From contig CAYMZD010000003.1 in NCBI GenBank assembly GCA_964394855.1, positions 94,041 to 158,040 on the forward strand: DNA of 64,000 nucleotides. Reading direction: 5' to 3'. This document shows positions 51,983 through 62,402 of this stretch, in pieces. The stretch's first letter is position 1, and every line of letters begins with the position of its first letter. The DNA is from an uncultured Gammaproteobacteria bacterium (lineage in GTDB: Bacteria > Patescibacteriota > Microgenomatia > Daviesbacterales > UBA10151). A model generated the notes under the pieces. The model did not search any database. It was not told the origin of the DNA and saw nothing but the letters and a program-made list of their open reading frames with translations. Position numbers and translations under genes: made by a program.

Positions 51983-54397
51983 TTAGGTAGACACCTTGGT
52001 ATTTTTAGCTTTAAACCATCTCAATGCTAATACTGTAAGCATAGCCCATGAAATTAGACTTAATGTATTTCCCAAAGTCCTTATTGGGGTATTTGTTAAT
52101 TTGGCAGACACATTATATTCACCTTCTTTTAATTTTATAAGGGGCCTGCCCAGCTCTTTATCTAAATCTTTTTCAGGATTAACCACCACTTCCATACCAT
52201 TAACAAAATATTTCCAGCCGGGAAAGTAAAAGGTATTTATTTGGAATATCCCATCCTTTTCCATTTTGACTTTATATTCCTGTCTAATACTATTTTTAAA
52301 CTGTGTTTTTATAACTCCATGACCAGCTATAATTTCCCCATCTCCTTTGGGTGGATCTGGCGGTGGTAATGGTGCCCAAATGGGCAAATAATCAAAAATA
52401 CCGGAAGTTATCTGCAACCGCCAAAGTTCCCCTGAAAACTTATATGAATCATTAACCCAAGGCCAATGATCTTTCCATTTGAAATAACCAGAATATAGGA
52501 ATATTGCTCCAAAAATTGTGATCACAATTAAAATTTTGCTGACTTTTTTAAATATTCCCCACCGGAAAAGTATTACTATGGAACCAGCTAAAAATGATGT
52601 CCCAAAAATAGACAAAGATAAAAATCTCCAGGGAAACTGCAGAAATTGCAAGCTTGGTATAGCCGACCAAATAAAAGAGGAGTTTTGGTGAGTCATAAAA
52701 GTATAAAAGGTGGTTACACCTAGAAACATCAAAAGCATTAGAGAAATAGCTGGTTTTTTCTTGGCCAGATAAAGTGCCACCAAAAGCGATAACAGTGCCA
52801 AAATCCAGTGCAAATGCCCTACTTGAAAACTGATATCATCGATAGGTCCAAAACGAGAATCTCCATATCCCCAAAACCTACTAATAAAAAGCTGGTTTAA
52901 AGTAGCAAAATGAGCCAGATAATTAAAATAGCCAATCACCAGTGTTTCAAGATGAGCATATTTTTGTTCAAAAATCACTGGCAGTGTAAAAAAAGCTGAT
53001 AGTCCCACAGCCCATCCCCCACCCACTAACAATTTTCCCAGGCTATGGATATTCTTAACTTTAACCAGCCAAAATAGTGCCCACAAAGCGGCAAATGGCG
53101 CAAAAATCATCAACATGGGGTTATGTGATAGCATCAAAAAACCACTAAAAAGAGCTAAAAATGGCACATAAAACCACTTGTTTTCAGTGATAAGTTTATA
53201 GATTGCCCAAAAAATTGCTGGAAAAAAGGTTAAAGCCCAAGCCTCATTGATGGCACCCCTAGCATAAATATCAACGCCGTGATAAGGAGCATAAATATAA
53301 AAAATACCAGCAATTACCCCACCCCATTTACCCCAAAACTGCTTGGCTAAAAGATACATCAACAGCCCAGAAATAATAAAATTTAAAATTACAAGTATTT
53401 TGACTGTGTCATTAAAAGCAATCCCAAGAAAGTGGATGAGCTGCCCAAAATAATAGGGAAGTGGGGGATAATAATTAAATAGGGGATAGCCATAACCATA
53501 GCCTAAATCCAAAGACCAACGGCAAGGCACTTGTCCATCCCTAAAACATTTATCCATCACCAACTGCCTCATCATCTGTAAATCATCATGCATGGGAAAA
53601 TATCCCCCCGCAATACTATCTTTAAAAGCAGGAAAGGATAAAATAATAAGTAAAATTATTGGTAAAAAATAATTTTTAGAACTCAATGGTAAATCGCAGT
53701 ATCTTATCATTACCACATCTCTTAACATTTTCCAGGGTTCACTAGCAGCCAACTTATTGGATAAATGATACTTCCATAAAACTGGAATTGATACTATCTT
53801 ATATTCTTTTTTTCTTGCCAAATACAGAATTTCAACATCAAAAGCCCCTTTATAATTTCCTTTCTCTTCTCTTTTAGTAAGCGCCAAATTTTTGAATAAC
53901 TCCTTTCCGATTCTATTTTTAAATGCCTTAAAACCGCATTGTGTATCTGGTATTCCGGGAAGAGCAATTACTTGCACCAAAAAATTAAAAATTTTACTTC
54001 GAAGGTTTTTGTAAAATGACCAACCCTGAATTTGGGTTTTTTTAGCAATAACAATATCTGCTCCATTCTCAATTTCTTTGAAGACATTTTCCACCTGCTG
54101 AATTGGAGTAGATTGATCAAAATCACTAAATAAAATGATCTCCCCTCTAGCCTGTTTTACTCCTGCAGAAACTGCTGCTACTTTCCCACCATGAGGGATA
54201 TCAACCATCTTAAAACCGGAATTTTTTTTAGTAAAATCGTTTAAAAGATTTAGTGTACTATCCATTGAGCCATCATTAACCAAAATCACCTCCCATGAAT
54301 ATTTTTGTTTAGACAAATACTCATTTAATCCATTTAAGGCTCCCCTTTTAAAATTTTGTTCCTCATTATATGCCGGAATAATAACAGAAAGTTTCAT
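51983..54397 (-). CDS. Fusion: Alg5/DPG-synthase-like GT2 + PTPS-related GT-C domain
   Basis: About aa 1-235: IPAYNEE, NDGSMD, SDFDQST, DTQCGFKAF, AFDVEIL; remainder (MHDD, PCRW, GYGYPLFNYY, QFPWRF, YFPGW) is paralogous to 50280..51968. Confidence 0.85.
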   Translation of the reverse strand: MKLSVIIPAYNEEQNFKRGALNGLNEYLSKQKYSWEVILVNDGSMDSTLNLLNDFTKKNSGFKMVDIPHGGKVAAVSAGVKQARGEIILFSDFDQSTPIQQVENVFKEIENGADIVIAKKTQIQGWSFYKNLRSKIFNFLVQVIALPGIPDTQCGFKAFKNRIGKELFKNLALTKREEKGNYKGAFDVEILYLARKKEYKIVSIPVLWKYHLSNKLAASEPWKMLRDVVMIRYCDLPLSSKNYFLPIILLIILSFPAFKDSIAGGYFPMHDDLQMMRQLVMDKCFRDGQVPCRWSLDLGYGYGYPLFNYYPPLPYYFGQLIHFLGIAFNDTVKILVILNFIISGLLMYLLAKQFWGKWGGVIAGIFYIYAPYHGVDIYARGAINEAWALTFFPAIFWAIYKLITENKWFYVPFLALFSGFLMLSHNPMLMIFAPFAALWALFWLVKVKNIHSLGKLLVGGGWAVGLSAFFTLPVIFEQKYAHLETLVIGYFNYLAHFATLNQLFISRFWGYGDSRFGPIDDISFQVGHLHWILALLSLLVALYLAKKKPAISLMLLMFLGVTTFYTFMTHQNSSFIWSAIPSLQFLQFPWRFLSLSIFGTSFLAGSIVILFRWGIFKKVSKILIVITIFGAIFLYSGYFKWKDHWPWVNDSYKFSGELWRLQITSGIFDYLPIWAPLPPPDPPKGDGEIIAGHGVIKTQFKNSIRQEYKVKMEKDGIFQINTFYFPGWKYFVNGMEVVVNPEKDLDKELGRPLIKLKEGEYNVSAKLTNTPIRTLGNTLSLISWAMLTVLALRWFKAKNTKVST

Positions 54398-56043
54398 CGC
54401 TCTTGTTTTGTTGAAATTAATCTATAAATTAGTTTTCCTTTGATATCTTTTACATCCAAGATAGAATCTACATCACTGGGAAAATCTTGTGGTTTAGAAA
54501 CAATTAAAGCATTTGCTCTTTTGCTATCTTTTTTATTCCAATTGATATCTTCAAAATAATATTTACCCAAATTCCAACTTTCCAGTTGATCAACATAAAA
54601 TTTACCGGAGCTTTTATACCTTAACCAATCCTTTGAGGCACTTTGAACAATTTTCGGATCTATTTTTCCATAGAACATCACAAAAATCTGGGGCTCGGTA
54701 AAGACTTTCGATATTACTATCTCCTCATATTGATTTTGTACTTCATTAATTTTCTGAAAAACTTCGGAATAACCATATCTTAAATTATGCGGTGGCTTTT
54801 GGGGTAGCTTGACGATATAAAAATAACCAAATGAAATAAAACTCACTATTAAAATAAATGCCACTGCTACATTTATCTGCATTTCATTAAACCTTATCCA
54901 CCTGCGATTTATTCTCTCCTTTATTAGATTTATCAAAGAAGCTACTCCCAATCCGGAAATAACAGCCGTTAATGGCAAAAATGTGGGAGCTCTATTGGCA
55001 TTCATGGAACCTGTGGCTAAAGAGGCGGCCAGGGGTGAGAGTAAAAACCATAAAACTAATAATTTTTTATGCTGCAGTTTTTGGGTAAAAATAACGTAAC
55101 CAGCAAAGAGCCAAAAAATTAGCTCAATTGGATAAAGTAGCGGGAAATGGGGAAAATTAAGATAGCTTGCATCAGATCTTTGATCGGTAAAAAAGAAGGT
55201 TGGCGAAAAGTAAGATAAATAATTATTTAAAAATTGGTTTCCTAAAAAGTAAATTTTGTTATTAAAGATTCTGTCCAGATTTTGTGGTAGGGGAGTCTCG
55301 TCTTTATTTTTAAAATATCCCTCTATTACCTTGGAACCAGTAATTCCCACATCAACAGCTCTGGCAGCAGAATTTTGTAGATTAAAAATAATTGGCAAAA
55401 TAAAAATTAAAATTAAAATTCCAGGGAAAATATTTATTTTTTTAAATAATTTTTGTCTGTAAAAAAATATAACAGCCAAAATAAAAATCGCCATAAAAAA
55501 TCTAAAAGCATCGTAAGTATAAAGGGTCGCTCCCCAACAAAGTGCTATCCATAGTAGATATTGACCGCTTTTTAACCATTTCAAGAAAAATAGTAACCCT
55601 AAGCTAAAAAATAAAATGCCGGCATTGCCTTCAAAGGCGGTCCTTGAAATTTGAATGTGCCACGGAGAAAGCGCCAGAAGCAAACTAGACCAAAAGGCTA
55701 CTACCTCGTTAAACAATTCCCGCGCCAAAAAGAAAACCATTAGCACTGTCAAAATTCCCAAAATAGCCGCGGGCAATCTAACAGCTTCCACTGTTAACCC
55801 CAAAATGGCCACAAAGGGAACAGTTAAATAAGTATAAAGTGGAGGTTTAAAATCCCCAAATCCTCTGGGGAAAAGTGGCAGGACTTCCCCCCATTCATCT
55901 TGGCCGGTTTTTAAAATTGAATAGGCAAAATAACCTTGCTGGGCCTCATCTCCAGTAAAACCATTAGGAAACTCTGCCAAAAATAAAATTCTGGTTAAAG
56001 AGGCAATTACTAATATGGCAGCTAATAAAAATAATTTTTTCAT
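54394..56043 (-). CDS. ArnT/PMT_2-like GT-C glycosyltransferase (5-paralog family)
   Basis: GDEAQQGYFAYSILKTGQDEWG, FGDFKPP, LSPWHIQISR. Confidence 0.85.
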   Translation of the reverse strand: MKKLFLLAAILVIASLTRILFLAEFPNGFTGDEAQQGYFAYSILKTGQDEWGEVLPLFPRGFGDFKPPLYTYLTVPFVAILGLTVEAVRLPAAILGILTVLMVFFLARELFNEVVAFWSSLLLALSPWHIQISRTAFEGNAGILFFSLGLLFFLKWLKSGQYLLWIALCWGATLYTYDAFRFFMAIFILAVIFFYRQKLFKKINIFPGILILIFILPIIFNLQNSAARAVDVGITGSKVIEGYFKNKDETPLPQNLDRIFNNKIYFLGNQFLNNYLSYFSPTFFFTDQRSDASYLNFPHFPLLYPIELIFWLFAGYVIFTQKLQHKKLLVLWFLLSPLAASLATGSMNANRAPTFLPLTAVISGLGVASLINLIKERINRRWIRFNEMQINVAVAFILIVSFISFGYFYIVKLPQKPPHNLRYGYSEVFQKINEVQNQYEEIVISKVFTEPQIFVMFYGKIDPKIVQSASKDWLRYKSSGKFYVDQLESWNLGKYYFEDINWNKKDSKRANALIVSKPQDFPSDVDSILDVKDIKGKLIYRLISTKQER

Positions 56044-57668
56044 TTTTGACCAGTTATAAGATAAAAAATTGGTTCATTGGTAGGAGAATAAATAGTTTTT
56101 AATAAACTAATATTGGCATTATTTAAAGTTTCAGGATTAGTAATATCGTCCCTAGCAGATGCTACAAATAAGGTTTTTTTATCCAATATGTTTTCAATTG
56201 GTCCTTGAGGTTTACCAAAATAATATTTGTCCAGGGAAAAACCACTATAATCATCCACCATAAATTCTTGGTGAAATTTTTTAGGGTCGTATTTTGTCCA
56301 AAAAAGAAAGCGAATCAGTGAAGGTTCATATGAATTATTAATTAATACCTTATCGTATCTTTCTTGATTATCTTTCACATATATAAAAGCTTCTTTAAAA
56401 CCGAAGTGCCAAGCTCTCCAGGACTCTAGAGGATAGTGACTAAAATATCTATGTAAATAAAATGTCAAGTTAAAAATAAAAATTAAAAATAAGGCTAAAC
56501 TTACACATCTTATTTTGGGTTTGTTTAAATTATTCAATATGTAATCTATTCCTATTGCCACCAGAACCATTAAAGGAACTAGCATTAAGAAATTTCTGGT
56601 AGCATGAAATCCTCCATCATAAGTTAAACTGGCAGGTATGGGAGCTATTAAAAGCCATCCTAAAACAAAATTCCTCCTCTTTTTCCCCATCTTTAGTAAT
56701 AACCATACACCTATCAGTAAAGGCACTAATTCATAAAAATACATCTGGCCCATTTCATGTATTGAATGCCTTGAGTTAGGATCGCCGTTTAAAAAGAGAA
56801 ATTCCGGAGAAAAAGCCCTCAAATAATTTAGGCTAAAATTTTGCAACCATATAAGAAGCTTATTATGAAAAAATCTTTGCATTTCCAAAGGTAAACGTTC
56901 TGATTTTTGAGCCTGAAACACTTTATCCTGTAAACTTATGTTTGTAAAAATACTAACAACATTAAATCGCTCCCCAGATTTTCCACTCAATGTTTGTATT
57001 CCATATGGAGTAAGGATTAGTGCCATTACAAAAAATGCCACTATAAAAATTTTGATATTTTTTAAAATATCTTCTTTAAAAATGGCTAACAAAATCAAAA
57101 CAAAAAGCGGCAGAAAAACTACTGCAGTACTATAAATATAAGGAGTTAACCCAAAAAGCATAGCAGAAATAAACAGTAAATATCTTTTATCAAAACTTTT
57201 TATAAAAAAGTAGGTGGCAAAAATGATAAATGCTAAAAGCATAGTTACTTCAAAAGAGGCTCTAGAGTAGTGAATATGCCAGGGGGATATTGCTAAAGAA
57301 ATTGAGGCTATTAAAGCAATCTTTTTATTGAACAGTTTTTGGACTAGTAAAAAAACTCCTAAAATTCCCAAAATTCCCCAAAAAACAGCAGGTAATCTTA
57401 CTCCCCATTCATTTAGTCCAAAAATGGCCACAAAGGGCACTGCCGAATAAATAAATAAAGGTGCTCTAAACTCAGAGAGGGAATGAAGCAGTGTTGGCCA
57501 GCTATTACCATAAAGGTCTTGTCCCGAATTTAGCAGAGAATATGCTTGATAGCCGACATCAAGCTCATCTCCAAATAAAGCTGGCGGCACTTTATCAAGA
57601 TTATAAATGCGCAAAAAGATGCTCAATAAAATAATTAGGGCCAAAATGCTAAGGTGTAGCTTTTTCAA
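56040..57668 (-). CDS. ArnT/PMT_2-like GT-C glycosyltransferase (5-paralog family)
   Basis: GDELDVGYQAYSLLNSGQD, VRLP, ISPWHIHYSR; TTG start. Confidence 0.85.
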   Translation of the reverse strand: MKKLHLSILALIILLSIFLRIYNLDKVPPALFGDELDVGYQAYSLLNSGQDLYGNSWPTLLHSLSEFRAPLFIYSAVPFVAIFGLNEWGVRLPAVFWGILGILGVFLLVQKLFNKKIALIASISLAISPWHIHYSRASFEVTMLLAFIIFATYFFIKSFDKRYLLFISAMLFGLTPYIYSTAVVFLPLFVLILLAIFKEDILKNIKIFIVAFFVMALILTPYGIQTLSGKSGERFNVVSIFTNISLQDKVFQAQKSERLPLEMQRFFHNKLLIWLQNFSLNYLRAFSPEFLFLNGDPNSRHSIHEMGQMYFYELVPLLIGVWLLLKMGKKRRNFVLGWLLIAPIPASLTYDGGFHATRNFLMLVPLMVLVAIGIDYILNNLNKPKIRCVSLALFLIFIFNLTFYLHRYFSHYPLESWRAWHFGFKEAFIYVKDNQERYDKVLINNSYEPSLIRFLFWTKYDPKKFHQEFMVDDYSGFSLDKYYFGKPQGPIENILDKKTLFVASARDDITNPETLNNANISLLKTIYSPTNEPIFYLITGQK

Positions 57669-57685
57669 TCTATCTTTATAATAGC

Positions 57686-58474
57686 TTAGGAAAAGAGTTG
57701 GTGCAATCTGAAAATAAATTGCAAAATCATAAACTTAAAGAAACCGTGGTATTTAATGGCTGACTCCCGATTTAATTTATATTTATCTTTACTAGACTTG
57801 GTTCCGCCCACTAAATGTTTTATGGAAACTTTGGGGAAGTAATAAACTTTTTGACCTATCTCGTGTATTCTTCTGCACAAATCCGCATCCTCATAATACA
57901 AAAAGAATCTCTCATCAAACCCTCCTAAACTATCAAATAAATCTTTTTTAACTAGCATGGCTGCACCGTAAACCATTTCTACCTCCACCGCGCTTTCTCT
58001 CACTGGAGCATATTCACTGTAGGCCTTTTTTTCTCCCAAAATATATTCTCTCAAGGCTCCCCAAATTGTGGGTAGTTTTTTGACAGAAGGTTGAATTTTA
58101 CCACCCGGCATAATCAGTCTTGGTGCCACTACTCCCGCATTGCTGTGAGATTTATAAAATGATACTAGCTCTTCTAGAGAAGGATTCATCATTTCCGTAT
58201 CGGGATTTAAGAAAAAAAGGTAATCTCCTTTGGCTTTTTGGGCTGCTTTATTGCTACCTTTAGCAAAACCTAAATTTTCACCTGATTCAATAAGATGGAT
58301 TTTATTACCAAATCTTTTTAAGATTTCAACAGTCCTATCTAATGAAGCATTATCCAAAACAATCACTTCCCCATTTCCGGGCATATTTTTTAGAATGGAT
58401 TCAATACACTTTTTAATAAAATCCTGGCTGTTATAAGAAATAATAATTACTGAAACTAACTTATCTTCTAACAT
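57686..58474 (-). CDS. GT2 glycosyltransferase (WbbL-like)
   Basis: LDNASLD, NLGFAKGSN, FLNPDT, FDERFFLYYEDADLC. Confidence 0.9.
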   Translation of the reverse strand: MLEDKLVSVIIISYNSQDFIKKCIESILKNMPGNGEVIVLDNASLDRTVEILKRFGNKIHLIESGENLGFAKGSNKAAQKAKGDYLFFLNPDTEMMNPSLEELVSFYKSHSNAGVVAPRLIMPGGKIQPSVKKLPTIWGALREYILGEKKAYSEYAPVRESAVEVEMVYGAAMLVKKDLFDSLGGFDERFFLYYEDADLCRRIHEIGQKVYYFPKVSIKHLVGGTKSSKDKYKLNRESAIKYHGFFKFMILQFIFRLHQLFS

Positions 58475-59327
58475 AATCTATTACCTCTTGATCAGTTAAC
58501 TTCCAATTTATTTCATTTTTCTTTATTTTCTTTTTTTGAGATAAGGCCCAGAGAAATGGAATCCAATAACCCGGGCCCACTCCCCCCAATAATCTTTTAA
58601 TAAGGTTTTTTTTATGTTCATTAATTAATTTTTGATCATAAATATTTTTCCAAATGAAAAGCAATTGATTTCTCTGCTTTACCCAGGAAGTATATTTTGC
58701 AGAAAATGTTTTTTTGATGATAGTTTCATGCTCATGCTTAACTTTTGCTGCTGGCTCCCACAAAATCTCAAAACCAGCCTTAATGGCCCTAAAAGACAGA
58801 TCAACATCTTCCCAGTAAAATGGAGCAAAAATTAAGTCAAATCCCCCCATTTCTTGCCAAATTCTTCTGTTATATGCAGCTGAACCGCCAGAAGCCCATG
58901 AACTCCTGTGGCCTTTTTTACTTTCTTCTCCTCTTCTAAATTCAAAAAATCCATTACTCCAGTAGGCATCAGCCCAACCTTCTCCCTCCTCATGACAATT
59001 AACAGCAAAGACTTTCTTATCTTGAAAGTGTGCAAGAAGTGGTTTCAAAAAATCTTTTTCTACAAAAACATCACTGTTTAAAAGCACTACTATATCCCCT
59101 AAGGCTTCCCTAAATAACTTATTGACAGATGGAATAAAGCCTAGGTTTTTTTGATTAACTAATAATCTCACTTGGGAGAACTCCCTTTTTAAAATTTTTA
59201 TACTATCATCATTTGATCCATCGTCATTCACTAAAACTTCATCGGCACCGCTTGCTAAGATATTGGGTAAATTTTCACGAAGCAAATTCTCACCATTAAA
59301 ATTAGGTATAGCAATTGTAGACTTCAT
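58461..59327 (-). CDS. GT2 glycosyltransferase
   Basis: IPNFNG, DDGSND, LLNSDV, PFYWEDVDLS. Confidence 0.9.
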   Translation of the reverse strand: MKSTIAIPNFNGENLLRENLPNILASGADEVLVNDDGSNDDSIKILKREFSQVRLLVNQKNLGFIPSVNKLFREALGDIVVLLNSDVFVEKDFLKPLLAHFQDKKVFAVNCHEEGEGWADAYWSNGFFEFRRGEESKKGHRSSWASGGSAAYNRRIWQEMGGFDLIFAPFYWEDVDLSFRAIKAGFEILWEPAAKVKHEHETIIKKTFSAKYTSWVKQRNQLLFIWKNIYDQKLINEHKKNLIKRLLGGVGPGYWIPFLWALSQKKKIKKNEINWKLTDQEVIDYVRR

Positions 59328-59330
59328 TAA

Positions 59331-60530
59331 TTAGACTCTTTTTAATATTCTCCAAGTTAAGAAAACGGATGATGCTGCAAAAATAGTAGCTGCGAAACTT
59401 TTTAAATTAAAAACTTCTTGTGGATGTAAGATTTCCGCCAGTCCAGCAGTTTTATCTAAAAAGGGCAGTAGTGGTGCCAATAATTTAACTTGCAGTGAAC
59501 TATCAAACAAAAATAACATCAAGGTTAAACTTCCAAACAAGATAATACTAGCCAAAGTTGTTCCCTGATCCCAGTGATTTAAAAACCAAAGTAACAGAAG
59601 GGGCATTACCCATAAAAACCACTGGATATGAAAATGGGTAAATGAAAAGGTTAGCAATAATATTGCTATTGAAAAGTTTAAAAAGTCCTGGGAATTACGA
59701 TTTTTGGACAAATATACAAAATATAAAAATGTCAGTAAGGCTACCACAATAAATATAGATTCCCCTCCAGATAGGGGAAGGTTTGCATATAGACTCTTAG
59801 ATAATTGTGGAACAAAAATGGCATTTTCTCTAAAGTCGCGTGAACCTAAATAAGGCACTACAGTTACAACTAATGGTACTAAAGAAATTAAAAATATAAT
59901 TACTTTTTTCCTTAAGCCAGTTTCGAGTCCCAAAAGAAGTGGTAAAAGTAAGAAAGGAGCAGTTTTAATCCCTCCCCCAAGACCAAGAGCTAAGGCCGCT
60001 AAATTAGTCCGTCCTTTTTTTAGGAAAAAATAGCAAAGTGCCAGAAAAAATGCTACATATATATCAATCTGTCCGATGGCAGAAGTTACCCATAGAGTTA
60101 AAGGGTTAACCATCCAGATAAATAACACTTTTTTCTTGTCGGGAGTAGATACCATCCAGGTTAATAAAATCGCTAGAGCAATATCAAAAGCAATCATTGG
60201 AGCTTTGGCATAAGTCAGAAATATCCAAAAACTGCTATCTCCAAATAATTTTTCGCGGTTAATAAAGAAAGTTTTTTCTGTTTTATCAACTACCAATGGC
60301 CGTGCTAAAAGATGAAATGGTAAATTTAAAAAATAACCAAGAGGAAGTTTATCTAAGGTAGCTCCCGGAGAAAGTTCTCCTGCTTTTTCATAGGGATTAA
60401 GGTTCCCCCGCAGATAACTGGCACTAGCCAAAGCATAATAATTTATGTCTGGGTGAAAAGTGAATAAAGCTATAAAAATCCTTAAAATCATTCCCATAAC
60501 TATTAAGACCCAAAAAATTTTAATTTTCAT
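59331..60530 (-). CDS. GT87/PIG-M-like GT-C membrane protein
   Basis: HPD after TM1, NPLTLWVTSAIGQID, GGGIKTAP, QWFLW. Confidence 0.7.
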   Translation of the reverse strand: MKIKIFWVLIVMGMILRIFIALFTFHPDINYYALASASYLRGNLNPYEKAGELSPGATLDKLPLGYFLNLPFHLLARPLVVDKTEKTFFINREKLFGDSSFWIFLTYAKAPMIAFDIALAILLTWMVSTPDKKKVLFIWMVNPLTLWVTSAIGQIDIYVAFFLALCYFFLKKGRTNLAALALGLGGGIKTAPFLLLPLLLGLETGLRKKVIIFLISLVPLVVTVVPYLGSRDFRENAIFVPQLSKSLYANLPLSGGESIFIVVALLTFLYFVYLSKNRNSQDFLNFSIAILLLTFSFTHFHIQWFLWVMPLLLLWFLNHWDQGTTLASIILFGSLTLMLFLFDSSLQVKLLAPLLPFLDKTAGLAEILHPQEVFNLKSFAATIFAASSVFLTWRILKRV

Positions 60531-61599
60531 AAACAATTTTTTTTATCTGGCGACAAAATTCTTCCTTACTAAAAATTTTACTCCTATTGATGGCATTTTG
60601 CGAAAGTCTGTGGAATAATTTTTCATTTTGTACTAATTCCATTGTATATTTCTTGAGTTCGTCTACCCTCTTCCACAAAAAACCTGATTTTCCGTCTTCT
60701 ACTATCTCTTTTTGTCCACCAGATGCTATCACCACCGGAACAGCTCCTGCTGCCATGGCTTCAACAGTAGTAATTCCAAAATGTTCTTGTTTTGTAGGAT
60801 TCTTTTCTCCAAAGCCAGCTGCGTGCCAATAAATACTAGCCTGACCATAAAAAGTCTTTAAGTTATTAAATGAAATGTTAGGATGGAAAAAAACAGGTAC
60901 AGAGCCTACCATATCTTGTAAATTTTTAAGGTATACTTGATCACCTGATCTAGCTGCACCTGCTAAATGTAAGCTCCACCCCAACATCCTTTGTGAATAA
61001 TATAGTGAGTGGAAGGCTTTGATCATCTCTTCGTGTTTTTTTGATTTTAGATATCCAAAAAATCTCCCAACCGACAAAATTATCTTCTTTTTTTTCAGTG
61101 GCTTAAATGATTCTACATCAACAGGTGGATAAATTATTGTCCCCTTAATATCCCAGGTTTTCTCCACTATTTGTTTGGTAAACTGGGAATTGTAAATTGC
61201 CATTTTCCAACTTTTTAATTTTCTTTTCCCCCAAATCCCCTGGGCTGCAATATTTTTAAATGGAACTTGAAAATGTAGAATGCTATTTTTGGCAGTAGAT
61301 AAAAAAATACTGCCGTCAGTTAAATAAAAAAGGTAATCGTATTGACGAAAAAAAATTAGCCTTTCCCAAATTTTACTACCCTTTCCCAGTGGCGCCTTGA
61401 TAAGGTATACCCTGGATAAATCAATATTAAGATGAGTTGCTAAATCCTTTTTTAATTTCTCACTACCTTGAGACCAAAGATGTTGATCAAATAAAAGATC
61501 AACCCGATGGGTTGTTGCTAAGCATTCTGCAATACTCAAGATATAGCGCTCTCCCCCACCAAATGTATCAAGATATGGAGAATAAATTGCTACTCTCAT
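60520..61599 (-). CDS. GT4 glycosyltransferase (ALG11-like)
   Basis: PYLDTFGGGERY, NSQFT, IIYPPVD, SVGRF, EHFGITTVEAMAAG. Confidence 0.88.
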   Translation of the reverse strand: MRVAIYSPYLDTFGGGERYILSIAECLATTHRVDLLFDQHLWSQGSEKLKKDLATHLNIDLSRVYLIKAPLGKGSKIWERLIFFRQYDYLFYLTDGSIFLSTAKNSILHFQVPFKNIAAQGIWGKRKLKSWKMAIYNSQFTKQIVEKTWDIKGTIIYPPVDVESFKPLKKKKIILSVGRFFGYLKSKKHEEMIKAFHSLYYSQRMLGWSLHLAGAARSGDQVYLKNLQDMVGSVPVFFHPNISFNNLKTFYGQASIYWHAAGFGEKNPTKQEHFGITTVEAMAAGAVPVVIASGGQKEIVEDGKSGFLWKRVDELKKYTMELVQNEKLFHRLSQNAINRSKIFSKEEFCRQIKKIVYEN

Positions 61600-62402
61600 A
61601 ATTTAAAATCATTTTTTGTTAATTTTTCATCAATCTCTTCATAAATTTCATCCATAGATTTAGGTTGCTGCATTTGCCAAAGTCGAACGTATGTTATAAA
61701 TAGACTAAAAGTCTGCAAGATAGAATCCATTACCCCCACACTACCATTGAAAAATCCTTTTCGTTTTACTCCTTGATTAAAAAGTTCTGAAAAAAGAATT
61801 CTTAGAAATCTCCAAGCGGACATTTGGGGATGTTTTGTCTCGAATCTTAAACTGGCATCAATTTTAGACCACGCCAAACTCTTTAAGACAATTTGATCAA
61901 TATCTCTATGGGTTAGGTGGAGAAGTGAATTTTCAGTGTATCCAAGCTGACCAGCAAATTGGGGATATTCATGCACTTTGCCCACCCATCCTCTAAAATC
62001 TTTTCTTCGTAATAACCTTATGACCCAATCATGTTTGTATGGACCATAGCTTACTTCCTTTCCCAGAATAATGTTACGTCTGGAAATAGCGTACGCCGCA
62101 TTTTTATCATTTGAAATTAACGATAAGATTTCTTCTTTTAATGGCTGCAGCACTCTTTCGTCAGCATCCACATATAAAACCCAATCCCCACTTGCTTTCT
62201 CTGCTGCTAAATTTCTTAAAATAGCAAAATCCTGGCCTTTAAACTCAATAATTTTGTCCGTGTATTTTTTAGCTATATCTAAAGTTTTATCTGTTGATCC
62301 ATTATCTACCACTATAATTTCATCCGCCAGCGCTCGGACAGATTCCAAACAAGTTTTAATCCTCATAACTTCGTTTTTTGCAATTACAATAGCTGTTATC
62401 AT
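61596..62402 (-). CDS. GT2 beta-1,4-glucosyltransferase-like (WaaE/KdtX family)
   Basis: IAKNE, ADEIIVVDNGSTD, FAILRN, VDADER, VHE. Confidence 0.88.
   Translation of the reverse strand: MITAIVIAKNEVMRIKTCLESVRALADEIIVVDNGSTDKTLDIAKKYTDKIIEFKGQDFAILRNLAAEKASGDWVLYVDADERVLQPLKEEILSLISNDKNAAYAISRRNIILGKEVSYGPYKHDWVIRLLRRKDFRGWVGKVHEYPQFAGQLGYTENSLLHLTHRDIDQIVLKSLAWSKIDASLRFETKHPQMSAWRFLRILFSELFNQGVKRKGFFNGSVGVMDSILQTFSLFITYVRLWQMQQPKSMDEIYEEIDEKLTKNDFKL

Noticed and set aside
46810-55927. Near-identical 38-39 bp repeats as a CRISPR array or DGR template/variable pair
   Set aside because: They sit in homologous coding positions kilobases apart; no spacers, cas genes or reverse transcriptase, and no run of adenine-specific mismatches
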